Below are positions 30,933 to 44,795 of a stretch of 64,000 bases of DNA, piece after piece. A program made the position numbers and the translations under genes. Positions within the stretch are counted from its first letter, which is position 1; every line of letters begins with the position of its first letter. Origin of the DNA: Octopus vulgaris. Its lineage: Eukaryota. The notes beneath the pieces were generated by a model. That model had not been told where the DNA came from. It worked only from the letters and a program-made list of their open reading frames with translations, and did no database searches. Location: assembly GCA_951406725.2 (NCBI GenBank), contig CATOCA020000001.1:2728001-2792000 (forward strand), given 5' to 3'.

Positions 30933-31346
30933 TGACCCGAGAGAGAGAGAGGGAGAGAAGGAATCAGAGAAGAAGCAGTGATCAAGAGAGAGAGGGAGAG
31001 AAGGAATCAGAGAGGCTGGGAGAAAAAGGCGCCAAAACAATTTGGCAACGAAGCAATGGCGAAGGAAAGAAAATAGTTTAAAGACATCGTGCAGGGGTTT
31101 TAATATGATAAACATAAAGAAGTTATTATGCACGTACGCTACGAAATGTATAATAAACCTTTACATAAATAAATAACGTGAAATACACGAAGGGACGAAC
31201 AAAAAGACAAACGGGTCATTCAAAGCCTTCATCCTCAGTCAGAAACTGATCCCTCATCGCAGATTTCGGCTGTTTAATTCTGAGATCCGCTCCGAATCAG
31301 CCAGCCACAGAAGGAAAGAATGCAACGCAACAGAGACGAACATGAA

Positions 31347-31782
31347 ACACACACACACATATATATACATACACACACACACATATATATACATACACAC
31401 ATACATATATATATATATGTATATAATAAACCTTTACATAAATAAATAATAACATATATATATATATATATACATACACACACACATATATATACATACA
31501 CACATACATATATATATATATGTATATAATAAATATTTAGATAAATAAATAATATATATATATATATATATACACACACTCATATATATATATATGTATA
31601 TAATAAACCTTTGGATAAATAAATAATAACATATATATATATATATACATACACACACACATATATATACATGCAAACACAAACATATATACATACACAC
31701 ACACACATATATACATACACATATACATATATATATATATGTATATAATAACTTTTAGATAATTAAATAATAACACATATAT
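31347..31782. repeat. Compound (AC)/(AT) minisatellite with recurring tataataaacctt..ataaataaataa
   Basis: Directly visible. Confidence 0.9.
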
Positions 31783-31882
31783 NNNNNNNNNNNNNNNNNN
31801 NNNNNNNNNNNNNNNNNNNNNNNNNNNNNNNNNNNNNNNNNNNNNNNNNNNNNNNNNNNNNNNNNNNNNNNNNNNNNNNNNN
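31783..31882. other. Scaffold gap (100 N)
   Basis: Exactly 100 Ns, the usual placeholder for unknown gap size. Confidence 0.98.
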
Positions 31883-32599
31883 ATCTAATTGACTTCTACA
31901 AATTTTACCTCCAACTGAACTAAATAATTTGTGTGAATCACTGAGAAGCGGTTCTATTGCTATATTTCATTCGAATATTTAGCTACAAAGTAATTCTGTT
32001 CTACTACAAATGCAGGAATATCCAATAAATGGATCTTTTGGAAATATAGAAACATATGACACAAGAAAAAGATCTCACACGATCAGGAAAAGATACAAAA
32101 GATAAAATATACACCCTTGAGCGGCTTTTCTCCCCTTAAGAATTACCGACTACCTTCCTTGGTTGAGGAACGCATCTCACTTAAACATTCCAGCTTTCCT
32201 AAGGTGGTATGCCCGTTCTAACTCCAGGCACTAGAATTAGAACGGACAATGGTCCTAAGTGCATTTGATTATGCTATAACCATTAGAAAAATTATCATCT
32301 GCTCAACATCTTAAACCTTTATTCTTACTTTAAAAAGAAATATCAGACATGCGGAAAGAGGGAATGATGATAAATGGGTTGGAGAAAATCTCCTTCAGTA
32401 ACCTTATGAGGTTAATAAGGCACTATTTGCAGATACTAAGTGAAGTAGTGTAAAATTTACAGAAGATGAACTGGACAGGTATATACAGGAGCCCTACAAT
32501 GACCCAGAGTAAGATCAGTAGTTCCCAGTGATGGACGGTTTCAAACACGGAATGAAGCTAGGAATCAACAATGATTTCAACAAGAATCACGCAGATAGT

Positions 32600-33650
32600 T
32601 GTATGAAGAAAACGAGAGCAAAAGGCATCCAACGAGGAAATGGACTACCATACAAAGTATACAAGTTTTATCCACAATTATATCACAATCTTTACCTATT
32701 ACTTTGAGAGTTGTAGCAAAAAAGTGGATCGGTTGATGATTGGTTCAAGGCAGAAGGAGATTACTTACCAATGGAAGCTAATGCAAAGCTGATCGATCAC
32801 TTCAGAACAATTTCAATCTTTGAGTATAGATACCAAGATTTGCTTAGGTGTACTTGATGAGAGACCAACTCTATATCTACAAAATATTGTCTATAGGACT
32901 TAACACAAAAACAACAAAATGGATTTGCATGTTGTATGACTTGATCTGGCTAATACTTCACATTCTGTATCACACAAATAATTGAGGAAGCAACAGAGTT
33001 ATTTTATATATGGGAGAAGATAACAGATATGGTGAGGAGTTGCTATAGGAATCTCAAAAATGACATTTTACAAGAGTGTTTTACAAGAGACTGGCTTCGT
33101 CTTGAAACTGGAATAGCTATACTTTGCATATCATTCATTTGGTTTGTGCTTGTTATGGGGATGTTACTTAGATCAGTAGATTGATCAGAAGAAAGGGCTG
33201 TATTGACATCACCGAAGAAGGCACTAATTGATTACCTAAGAATATTAACAAGAGACCAAAAACGTTACGTAAATATTTCTGGATGGTATGAACAAACTAA
33301 TTTCTTGGTCAAGAATCGGGTATAAAGCAAATAATTCAATCTGTCATTTTTTAAATTTAGCAGGAGGAAGTAAATTTCAAAATAGCTGGGAATTCTTTGT
33401 GAAGGATTAAAAAGAAAGTTGTAAAATAATTTAGAGGATGGTACGCTAGTTTGTTGTCTGTGAAGAGTAGACGCATTGAGATCATGGCACAAACCAAGGA
33501 AGAGTTTGAAGCGGGAGATAAACCAAAATATCTGGGCAAATAACAGATTTGTAGCTTGCTGTTTGATCTGTGTCTCCGTCTTTCTTATATATACTTGAGA
33601 ATCATTTGCAATGTACCATTTCAGATATATTCATCATAATAATATGTCGA
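32600..33650 (+). mobile_element. Decayed RLE-type (HERO/R2/NeSL-like) non-LTR RT remnant; paralogous pieces at ~39650-40500, ~43130-44000, ~45650-46100
   Basis: LHVV*LDLANTSHSVSHK (~32925), GIAILCISFIWFVLVMGMLLRS (~33110); copy at ~43420-43540 reads GVGCTI...EMLLRSVVCSEEMTQVKAPDKTFMDDIKIL. Confidence 0.6.
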
Positions 33651-34626
33651 TGACAAGTTGTATATAGATAATGACATGTGGTACAAGTGTATAGTTTTTT
33701 AAGGACAGTTGTTACTAATTTTCTGCTCTACTGTGTAGAATTTATCTTCACTCATGCGGAAAGAAAACTGCTTCATTAAGGAAGACGTATGACATTCAAA
33801 TGTCTTCAAATATTTCCTTAATCAGATGACATTCTGGTTAAATGCAGCATGAATGTTTAAGAAAGAGAGCATGTGTAAGATCCTACTTGGAGTGGGGTAT
33901 CATGTGTTTGTGGTTCGAGATTTTTTGATGGACTTGGTTCATAACGGAATTAAGTGGATGAATAAAAGAATGCCAGAAAGCGATATCTAGATGTGAGGGA
34001 GAAAATGCCATCTCATCAATACTGGCACAGATATAAGAAAAGTGATAATTATATGAGATAATTGTTGAATTGTTAGATTATGTAGTGTGTCTCAATAAAC
34101 AGAGTAGAATAAGGTTTGTTAGTCTATTTCGTTGTAGACCTAAACATTGAGCTAGGGTATAGTAACACTGTAGAAAGTATAAAAATGTTAAACAAACCCT
34201 TAGTGGTCACCAGTTGACCATTGGCGAAAGGATAGTCTGGCAATTATAAACACGTTAGCTGACATGGAGGATTGGAAGGGAACTGCAGGTTGGAAAGGAA
34301 TTTCCTGTATTTAGACACAGTTGCAAGGCCTTATGCGTGGCAGTAGGATTCGGCTCCTTACCATACATCTGAAGTGGTTGTCTGAGAATTTATGCAGTTT
34401 TAGTGGACCCATTTGTAAACTTCCTAGTTTCCCTGATTGAAATCTCATTGATTAGTTTGTATGGGACACGGTTGAGAAATATACCATTCGCTCTGACTGC
34501 AACACCAAAGTTGAGCTGGTGGCCAAAACTAAAGAAGTTGTCAAAGGTTTTTTTCCCGCTGTCAATAAGAGGAGCAGAGGTGTCAGGTTTCAGGGACGTC
34601 TTGTGTACCAAACAAATTATTGATGA

Positions 34627-35126
34627 AATCAATAAACTTCTTTTACATACCGATTGACTCTCAGGTTCAAGATCTGAAGCTCATTTCTCAACACTTCCTT
34701 CCAGTTTTCTTGAGGTTCTCTCCACATTTACAGATCGGTGCTCTTTATACAGCTGATCTTATTCATACACATCACATGGTCATACTAGCACAGTCGTCTG
34801 TCTTGCGTACTACATACATGTGATAACTCTCGACTTTTATCTTAAAACGTGTCAGCATTTTATACCTGCACACTGACAGTGACCATCCAGTGGAGCATGC
34901 TGGTTCCATTTTGTTCAAGCCTTTACACGTCCTCTGTGTTCACAACATACATTTCACTACTATGTAGCATACACAGCTGTTCATACACAGGCTGCCCATT
35001 GGTGATCAGAAAGTCCCACAATAATAAAATATATATTATTAATATCTAGATTTAAAATATTTTATAATAAATTTGAAAAACCTTGAAATATTTATTTCAG
35101 TGTTTCCCAAATCTCAGAACAAGCAG
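34627..35126 (+). repeat. ~500-bp segmental duplicate of 45070-45551, ending in a truncated exon copy (35101-35126, FPKSQNKQ)
   Basis: Near-identical text and near-identical ORF-track peptides at 34620/45036 and 34849/45274. Confidence 0.9.
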
Positions 35127-35719
35127 GTAAATAGGTTTACCTGAGCTATTTTGTTCGTAGGAATTATTAAGAATATGTTCTATTCCTAAATTCCAATTGC
35201 ACGTTTTAACTGTAAACTAATTAAATTAAAGGGATCGATATTATTGACATTTCATAAATTACCCACTCAAGTTAACATGTTTGGTAAAATGGATAATTTA
35301 GAAGACACAATAGATTGAATATTCTCTTTTTGAACGGGGATATATAATATGTTATACTTTATCAGGTGAGTTAAAGATTTTGTTTGTTTTACATTTTACT
35401 ACGTTTACTGACTGGTTATTGTTGTTGTTATTCAAGCAGGTGCCACTCATTATCTGGTTCACTTACAAGGAAATACATTCCAAGTTTGAACACTTGTCTT
35501 TCGTCAAGACTTGTAAATCTATCACTACATCCATTAAACATTGTCTTTGTCCAAGTGGAAGATTTTCGTCTGTTGCACAGACAACCATTGCCACTTTCCC
35601 ATTCATAAAAGTAGATACTGACTGTATGATGCAATGCAAGCCAATGCATTCAAAGAAATGACAAACGTATTGAAGGAAGAAAGGATACAAGACATTTTAG
35701 AGAGCCTAGTTCGATATTT

Positions 35720-36200
35720 AAGAGATGAGAACTCATCTTGTTTGTTGTTAACACAACGTTTAGGCTGATATACCCTCCAGCCTTCATCAGGTGTCTTGAG
35801 GAAATTTCGAACCTGGAGGTATTAATAACATGCACCAAGTATGGATTCAGGACATACGTATACCGCAAGCCGACCTTTACCGGACGATACTTCAACTTCA
35901 TTTCCCACCATCCATACAGTGTAAAGAGAGGGATTGCTCAGTGCCTAAAACATCGACTACAAAATATAAGTAGCGATCGTGAAACCCCCCACGAAGAAAT
36001 GATCAAGCTAAGTAGCAATCTATTAAGCAACAACTACCCAAAAACATACGATCCACTCTAATTATGAAGAAAAAAAGAGGATGAAACCAATGAACTGTCC
36101 ACAGTCTGTCTACCCTATGTGAAAGGCCTCTCCGAAAAGATACAAAAGATATGCGGCCCATATGACATCGGGACACTATTCAAGAGTAAAACCACACTTC
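35720..36200 (+). mobile_element. Penelope-like element fragment (RT thumb/linker) with inverted pLTR piece
   Basis: LEVLIT...FRTYVYRKPTFTGRYFNFISHHPYSVKRGIAQCL...NNYP, then VCLPYVKGLSEKIQKIC...FKSKTTL; opposite-strand hammerhead just upstream. Confidence 0.85.
35750..35795 (-). ncRNA. Minimal Penelope-type hammerhead, probably inactivated (GAAA to UAAA)
   Basis: Minus strand GACAC-CUGAUGA-AGGCUG-gagggtatat-CAGCC-UAAA-CGUU-GUGUU. Confidence 0.65.
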
Positions 36201-36706
36201 TTCCTTCTGCATTTGGTGATGATGTCACTCACACCAGAATTCTCTCTGATCGCTTGATTACGGATATATATCACCGCACTGTAATGTGACATCCGACATA
36301 ATTAAACAATATTGCAATTACTTCACGTAATTATCTCTTTATAACACTGTTTCTCATTAGTTTAGTTTTCCTCTCTTATATCTGTACCTTAAACTCGCTC
36401 AAATGCAAAGAGATAAGAAAGGAAAGGCATAAAGGAAGAATACTGTTCTAAAGGGGTAATTGAATTTAATAATTTCAATCATGTTAAATTATGCTGGATA
36501 TCTGAATACAGAGAGGATAGATAGGAAATCTGCGCATATTTTGAAGGCTCTAATTAATGTGTTAAACAGTATGAGTTGCTCACCAAAGATATAGCGGTCA
36601 TCCGTTGACCATTTAAGATATAAATGTCGAAGAATATCAAAATATAGATTAAGAAATATAACCAAATCATACAATAAAATGTAATACGTGAAAATATTCA
36701 TTTCAG

Positions 36707-36757
36707 ATTATGGAAGAGATTTCAGCGAACGGACAGAACACAGTTTAAGTCTTGATG
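36707..36757 (+). CDS. Candidate 51-nt phase-1 microexon (YGRDFSERTEHSLSLD) of the propeller gene
   Basis: atattcatttcAG acceptor, G/GTGGGT donor, open frame, flanks homologous to the other microexon units. Confidence 0.5.
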
Positions 36758-36823
36758 GTGGGTTTTTAATTATATTACCTCATCGATTTCCATAAAGATT
36801 CTGTCTTATTTCACTGATAGTAA

Positions 36824-38453
36824 ATTTACCATGACCTTGTATGACGTAAATTAGGTGTTGACAGTTTTGGGGGACATCTGATATTTCTTTCCTCTACACC
36901 TGTGTAGGAATTAATTATTACTCACTTAGGATGAAATCTATGTCATTAAGGTGTCTTCAAATATTTTCTACATCAGATGACATTCTGATGTACGTAGATG
37001 TGGGCAGTTAAAATTAAAGATTACCAGCAGCAATGTTTCACAGAGAGAGTAGGTGTTTGTAGTCTAAAGTGAAATGTATTTGAAGATAGATATTTGATGA
37101 TTAACCTTGTTGACAGTGGAAGTGAGCAGAAAATTATAAGAATGTTTGATTAGTGAGGTCTACTGTAGATGTCAAAACGCCATGTCATAGATGCGTCACA
37201 AATACGTACGTTGATGTGGGCAGCTAAAATCAAAGATTAACAGAAGAAATATTTCACAGAGAGCAGGTACTTTCTGTCTAACGGTAAGTGGTGTGGTCAG
37301 TTTTTGTAGATAGATATATGGTTATCAACTTGCTTGACATTGCAGTTGAGCAGAAAATGAGAAGTTTGGTTCATGAGGTTTACTACGGTAGAGGTGAAAA
37401 CGTTATGTCATAAATGTGACAGAAATACCACCTTGACCATGATCGACTGACTGAGTGTATTGAGGGCACCAGAGATTACAGTGCACCCTCCACTTCTGTC
37501 TTCATCTTGACCTTCTCACCTACGTAGCATGTCGTATTTCGTCAAAAACTCACCTTTGGATACGCTCTCAGTGACCTCCTCTGCTCGCGTATATAACTCT
37601 CAACATCTGTGCATCTCTAAATATTTTCAGTGAGCTGGTTACCTGTCCCATCTGAAATTTTGTCATTTACCATGAGCTTATATGAAGTAAATTAGGTGTT
37701 GACAGTTTTGGGGGACATCTAATATTTCTTTCCTCTACACCTGTGTAGGATTAATTATTACTCACTTGGGATGAAATCTATGTCATTAAGGTGTCTTCAA
37801 ATATTTTCCACATCAGATGACATTCTGATGTACGTAGATGTGGGCAGTTAAAATTAAAGATTACCAGCAGCAATGTTTCACAGAGAGAGCAGGTGCTTGT
37901 TGTTTGAAGTGAAATGGTGTGAAATGTATTTGAAGACAGATATTTGATGATTAACCTTGTTGACACTGGAAGTGAGCAGAAAATTATAAGATTGTTTGAT
38001 TAGTGAGTTCGACTGTAGATGTGAAAACGCCATGTCACAGATGCGTCACAAATACGCAGGTTGATGTGGGCAGCTAATTTCAGGTACTTTCTGTCTAACG
38101 GTAAGTGGTGTGACCAGCTTATGTAGATCGATATATGGTTATCAACTTGCTTGGCATTTGAGTTGAGCAGAAAACGAGAAGTTTGGTTCGTGAGGTTTAC
38201 TACGGTAGAGGTGAAAACGCTATGTCATAGATGTGACAGAAATACCTCCTTGACCATGATCGACTGACTGAGTGTATTGACGACACCAGAGATCACAGTG
38301 CACCTCCACTTCTGTCTTCATTTTGACCTTCTCACCTACGTAGCATGTCGTATTTCGTCAAACACTCACTTTTGGATTCGCTCTCAGTGACCTCCTCTGC
38401 TCGCGTATATAACTCTCAACAACTGTGCATCTCTAAATATTTTCAGTGAGCTG
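36824..38453. repeat. Tandem ~830-bp duplication (third copy ~40570-41265), each with an internal ~200-bp repeat; possibly a decayed LINE endonuclease fragment on the minus strand
   Basis: gtaaattaggtgttgacagttttggggg at 36846 and 37687; shared 3' part ending cagtgagctgg; minus-strand LLLVIFNFNCPH resembles GDFN.PH. Confidence 0.85.
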
Positions 38454-41331
38454 GATAGCCGAATTTTCAACACGAAGAATATTTCACAGAGCCTGTATCC
38501 ATCCCCTTTTACAACCATCTTCTGGAGTAGATGAATCAGAGGAAGACTGTAAGTATGAAATGATATTAATTTACCGATTTCTATACATTTCACCTTCTCC
38601 CGAGCTTTTGTATGTTAGAACGACTGAGTACAGATTCTATCCCTAATTAGATTCGAAAAGTTTGTTGTATAATAATTCTATTCAATATATCGATATTACT
38701 GAAAGTTCACAAAATATCCAACCAGGTTAGCATGGTTTGTAAAATGAAAAATTGAAACGGGAATATATTTTGTATAGTTTTGAGAAAGAGAGAACTAAGC
38801 TAATTTGTTTAGGAATATAAATTTTGAGTTAATGACAGCCGTTTTTGTCACATTTTTTTACCAAGTCTACTCGTAGGTTATTATTGTTATTGTTGTTATT
38901 TAAACGGATGTTTCTTATAATCTAGAAGAATTACAATGAAATGCGTTCCAAGTGTAAACTCTCTGTTATGTTACACTGGTAGTAATTTTATTATTACATC
39001 CACTACACATTGTCTTTTCCCGAATAGAAAACATTTCTTTGCTACTGTGATAATCGGTATCTGCCTTTCTTACATCATGAAAGATACAGGTTGCACGATG
39101 CAAGTGAATCACAGGCAACAAGCCCGACATTTCTCGTCAGATTTCCAGGCTCCTATGGACTAGATGAGTTGTTACTGTCCAAGTCAGTTCTTCTTCAGAA
39201 CTACTTCCCTTCTTCATTCGTAGAGGAATTATCTCACTTAAACATCACTGCTTTCATATAGTGCTATGCCATTCCTGACACCAACCACCTTGTAAAGGGT
39301 TCTAGGTGCATTTTATTGTTGCAAAGCATGTGAAATATTATCGTCTCTCTAAGAAAATGTCTAACAAAATCAGGAACGAAGCATTTGAGCTTGAGGCTTG
39401 CAGCAAGAAAGAAGTATTTATCTTTGGGTATAAGGCAAGGTGAGGCTGTACATTAGAAAGTTTCAAGTCTTGTACAAGGTTTTGTTGTAGGCATCATATA
39501 ATGGTAGAGTTTTTGGGTATAAAATTTGTGTGATTGATGGCTTGTGGAAGAGAGAAAGATTTAGCGTAGAGATGAAGCTAAAGCGAAACTAATTCGCAAG
39601 TTCGCACCGATTGCAATTCTGATTGCTAAGATTTCCATGGTCAGAGATCAACTACACATCGACAAAATAACTCTAATGAGACTGAAAGTGTGACTGCAAA
39701 AGAATCCGTTGACATCCTGAGTGTTTGGGACATGCCTTGTAAAGGTGGGACCAACATACATAGAAAAATAGAAGTGATTTGAATGTTGTATCGTTGGATC
39801 AGTCCAATGCTTAGGGATGTGAACAACATAAGCCATCGAGAAAAGCAATGGCCTTCGTTTACATACTGGAGGATTTTAAAAATATGACGAAGAGTTGGTT
39901 TAACAATTTCCAAATGCTATTCGTTACACACATATTATACAGAGAGTAGGATTGGCGTGAAACTAGAGTAGGATGCAAAATGTCAGTCTTTGTTAATGAG
40001 ATGTTACTCAGATCAGCAGACTGCTCAGCAGATATGGCTGAAGAAACATCATCGATGACATACAAATAAGGGAAAGATATCAAAAGAATATGCTAATAGT
40101 TTTGGACAACCGGAATGGATTTAATCCTTGGTCGAGAATAACGCTTAATGCAAACAACTAAAAGGGTTTTTTAATTGTCAAAGGGCAGCAGAAACAAGTG
40201 ATATACAACGTATCAAGAGAAACCATGACATATTTTAATGACAAATTTGTAAGTATTTCGTATGCTGGTAGGCTTCCCTATTGTCTAGTAAGAGTAGAGA
40301 TATTGAGATCATGGTAAAAATCGATAATGGTTTATAAGCAATAGATTTGTGAAAACCTCAAAGTAAATATAGTATATGATGTTTCTGACATGGCTTGCGT
40401 ATGTATTTCTGAGAATCAGTTCTATTATGTACCATTTCGGATGCATTTTATGCAATGATGTGTAGATAAACGGTTGTGTAGTGTTTGGGGTACCTGATAT
40501 CAATTAAAGTAGTAGAATAAATCATTACTCATCTGGAAAGAAAACTGTTTCCGTAAGGAGGTTTCATACATCTTCTGTATCAGAAGACATTCTGGCGAAC
40601 GTTGGTGAGAGCGGTTAAACTTAAAGATTACCAGCAGCAATGTTTCACACAGAGAGTAGGTGCTTGTTGTCTAAAGTGAAGTGGTGTGAAATGTATTTGA
40701 AGATAGATATTTGATGATTAACCTTGTTGACATTGGAAGTGAGCAGAAAATTATAAGAATGTTTGATTAGTGAGTTCTACTGTAGATGTGAAAACGCCAT
40801 GTCATAGATGCGTGACAAATATGCAGGTTGATGTGGGCAGTTAAAATCAAAGATTACCAGAAGCAATGTTTCACAGAGAGAGCAGTTGCTTTCTGTCTAA
40901 CGGTAAGTGGTGTGACTAGGTTTTGTAGATAGATATATGGTTATCAACTTGCTTGACATTGGAGTTGAGCAGAAAACGAGAAGTTTGGTTCGTGAGGTTT
41001 ACTATGGTAGAGGTGAAAACGCTATGTCATAGATGTGACAGAAATACCTCCTTGACCATGATCGACTGACTGAGTGCATTGACGACACCAGAGATCACAG
41101 TGCACCCTCCACTTCTGTCTTCATCTTGACCTTCTCACCTACGTAGCATGTCGTATTTCGTCAAACACTCACTTTTGGATTCGCTCTCAGTGACCTCCTC
41201 TGCTCGCGTATATAACTCTCAACAACTGTGCATCTCTAAATAATTTCAGTGAGCTGGTTACCTGTCTCACTTGAATTTTGCCGTAAGTTTTTAGTGATGA
41301 TGTCTCTCACACCTGATTTCTCTCTGATCGC

Positions 41332-41528
41332 CTCACTCTTGATGTGCAAATTTAGCAACACTCCATAACCTCGATTTTTCGATTGTACTTTGGGCCATTA
41401 TCAGGCTCACTTCCTCCCTCTTCGTTGTGTACCAGCTTTCACACCTGTTGTAAATTGCAGGTAAATAGGTGTCGTTGAAGAGGTTTACACGATTGGTCCA
41501 ATCCAGCTTCGTTTTGTGACCAACTTTC
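41332..41528 (-). mobile_element. Short RTE-like LINE fragment inserted in a duplicated intron unit
   Basis: LFNDTYLPAIYNRCESWYTTKREE; absent from the paralogous unit at 36240-36280. Confidence 0.55.
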
Positions 41529-41988
41529 ATATATCACCGCACTGTAAGGTGACATCCAACATAATTTAACAATATTGTAATTACTTCACGTAATTATCTC
41601 TTTATAGCTCTGTTTTTCAGTAGTTGAGTTGTCCTCTCTTTATACCTGTGCCTTAAACTCCCTGAACATCAGAGAAATACGGAAGGAAAGAGAAAACTAA
41701 AAGCAAATTATTGTTATAAAGAGAAAATGAAATTAAATAATTACAATATTGTTAAATTATATTTGATGTCTGAATACAAAGAGTATAGATAGGAAATTAG
41801 TTAATATTTTGGTGGCTCTTAATAAAGAGTTTTGTTATATTGAATCTGTAAAGCGTGCTGACCAAAAGCATAGTGGTCAGCCGTTGACCATTAAAAATAA
41901 AGATATCTTACGGTAATGGAATATTTTTGATTGATAGATATAATCATATTATAGTGTAAAATGTAAAACTTGAAAATATATTTTTCCG

Positions 41989-42051
41989 ACACATAGTCGC
42001 AAACAACACTGTCTCCAAACTTTCCTATGCTTGAAACAGAATCATTTGATC
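41989..42051 (+). pseudogene. Decayed 63-nt microexon (T*SQTTLSPNFPMLETESFD)
   Basis: Acceptor CCG instead of CAG, donor ATGAGTATAAA instead of GTGAGTATAAA, in-frame TAG; homologous flanks. Confidence 0.5.
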
Positions 42052-44094
42052 ATGAGTATAAAATATCATTACCTTATCGATTACTGTAAATTTTAAATTT
42101 ACTGAATGACTGACAACATCTTCCAATCCAAATTTTGCATTTGAAAAGTTTGATGCATAATAATTCTATTAAATATTTGTTGTGCAAGATTTTTTTATGT
42201 GAAGTCGTTTGTTGAAACAGATATTATTATATTTCGGAATGGTCATTTTGCCACTTTAGCCAATAAAACATATCGATATTATTGTAATTTCACAAAATAT
42301 CCGATGTGGTGAGCATGGTTTGTAAAATGGATAACTTCGAAGACAATAGATTTTATATTTCACTTTGGAAGAGAAAACTAATATTTGTAGTTGTTTAGCG
42401 ATAAACATTCGTGTTAATGACATTTCTCTTTGTTTTACATTTTCTACTATGTTTGCTGATAGATTAATATTGTTATTTTGGCTGATATTTCTAAAAAAGT
42501 ACTTTGAAATGTATTTCAAGTATAAGCAGTCTGATTTATTTCACAGATATTTCATTACATACGCGAAACATTGCCCTTATCCAACTTACTTCTGTGATAG
42601 TTGTTGTCTATATTTCTTACTTCAAAACAGATACTGGTTGCAAGATACGATACAATAATTGACTATCTCTTCATCCTTTATCGTCTGATTTCCATGCTCC
42701 CACCTCTTGATCGGATAGCAGACAAATCTCAGTTAACCATTCTAGGTTTTATATGAGGGTATAATTTCCTAAAACAAACCATTTGATAAAGTGTCCTAGG
42801 TGCATTTTATTGTGGTACAAGCAAAAGAAACGTTGATGTCTTTCTAATAAAACCTCAAAGAAAGTCAGGAATTAAACTTTTAACTGAGAGTTTGCAGCAA
42901 GAAGGAAGGAAAGAGCAAAAACTGCATTATATAAGCATTATATAATAGTAAGGGTTTGTGGTATAAAATTGAAGGGATTTATGACTGATATAAGGCAGGA
43001 AGAGTTCACTTATGAAAGGAATCTGAATCACAATTAATTGGCCAATTGAAATTAGTTTCAATCCTTAATGACAAGCTTTACGTGGATGTACATGCTACGA
43101 GATCACCTATACACCTACAAAATAATTGATATGTGATGGAAAGTGTGCAGAGGACTGGAAATCCCTGACTTTCTTGGTTTGAAGGACATGAAATGTCAAA
43201 CTGGGATCAACACACAAAGGAGAATTGAAGTAATTGGAATGTTGTACGGCTTGATCGCTCTAAGGAATATGGTTGTGTACCATATAATTTTATTGATGAA
43301 ATCAATGAAATTCTTTTACATACTGGGAAAAATTTAAGGTCTGATGATGAGCTGTTATAACAATTTCAAAAGGCAGTTCATTACAAACCATTTTACAGGG
43401 AATGTCATCGGAATTGGAGTAGGGTGCACAATATTAATCCTTCAGTTTGTTTGGAGATGTTACTTAGATCAGTAGTCTGCTCAGAAGAAATGACCCAAGT
43501 GAAAGCACCAGACAAGACATTCATGGATGACATAAAAATACTATGTTGAGACCAAAATGTTATGCAAATATTTCTGGATAGCCTGGGTGGACTGATTACT
43601 TTGTCAAGAATTTGACTTAAAGCAAATAAATAATACAATCTGTTATTTGTGGAAGATCAGCAGAACAAAGTGAAGTTCAAAGTAGGAGGAGAAACTATGC
43701 ATACGTTTAGGGAAAAACTTATAAAAGTTTCGGACAGTGTTGCGCTGCCTCTTTGTCCAATAATTGTAAGGACATTAAGATGAAAACGAAAACATGGGAA
43801 TGGGTTAAAAGAGAGAATTCGAAACTTCTTGGCAAACGTAAGATTCAATGCTTCCAGTTTGATCTATATTTGCGTCATGTTTATATATGCTTAATTGTCA
43901 GTTATTGTGTATCATTTCGGATATGTTTATGCAATAGTATGTAGATGACCAGTTAAATGTAGTTAATAAGGTTTTGTGCAAGTGTACAATGTTTCAGGAT
44001 ACCTGCTGTCGCGGTGTCAGATTGTTTGAAGTTTGTCCAGCAATTAGAAATTGGTGTGCAGTAATTAATTGATTTATCTAAAATAGTAAAAAAG

Positions 44095-44795
44095 TCGTTT
44101 CTGTTTTGTTTATTCGATTGTTATTTATTTTATTCTCTGATAAAGTTGGTGCTGGGGCGGGCTTATCTCAATATATTGTGTCTATTGTGTGTGGGAGACA
44201 GCTCTCTCTCATGAAATCTTACCATGTGTAGTTTAATTTCTACTCGGCCCTTTAATAGATCTATAACCAGAGGTAGCTGGTCATAGCCTCAGTGAAAAAT
44301 ACAGATCTAACCCGTCAGATATTCCATTCTTTCATTTTGTTAATCATCACACAAGGAACTGCTAAAATGCAGCGTTTTGTTGTGTACGGCGGATTGTGGT
44401 AGCAGTCAGGGTAGAATATGATATCTCTCCACCGTGCAGTTTGTAATTGTACATCTGATCTCCTTCTAGTGTTAACGACTTTTGTAATGGTCAGGTTAAA
44501 CATTGCCAGAAAATCACGGCTTTCTCCCTATAGTACTAAGCTCCACTGGTGTATATCAGTGTTTTCAGCTTGCGAGACGACTGGTGTAGCAACTTCTGTG
44601 TTTATAGACAATTAATGGGACGGAAGTGTTTTGGAAATGGTGTTGTATGAACTGTGTGCAATATTTTAGTTAAATTAGGAAGATTTGAGTTATTATATCA
44701 CGAATTATGTCGGATGTTGCAGTTAAAAAAATATTATCTCTTCATATCTTTTAACAATGTTTTAAACTTTTATTTTTGCTGTTGTCTTTTCTTAG
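44095..44795 (+). repeat. Diverged duplicate of the intron segment preceding the large exon (~49958-50690)
   Basis: Shared blocks ttctgttttgtttattcga, cagatctaacccgtca, ggtgtatatcagtgttttcagcttg; ends at a paralogous acceptor cttttcttAG. Confidence 0.8.

Noticed and set aside
31220-31275. Minus-strand GCCGAAA...CUGAGGA, hammerhead-like words
   Set aside because: Stem II does not pair directly after the core; could not build a valid fold
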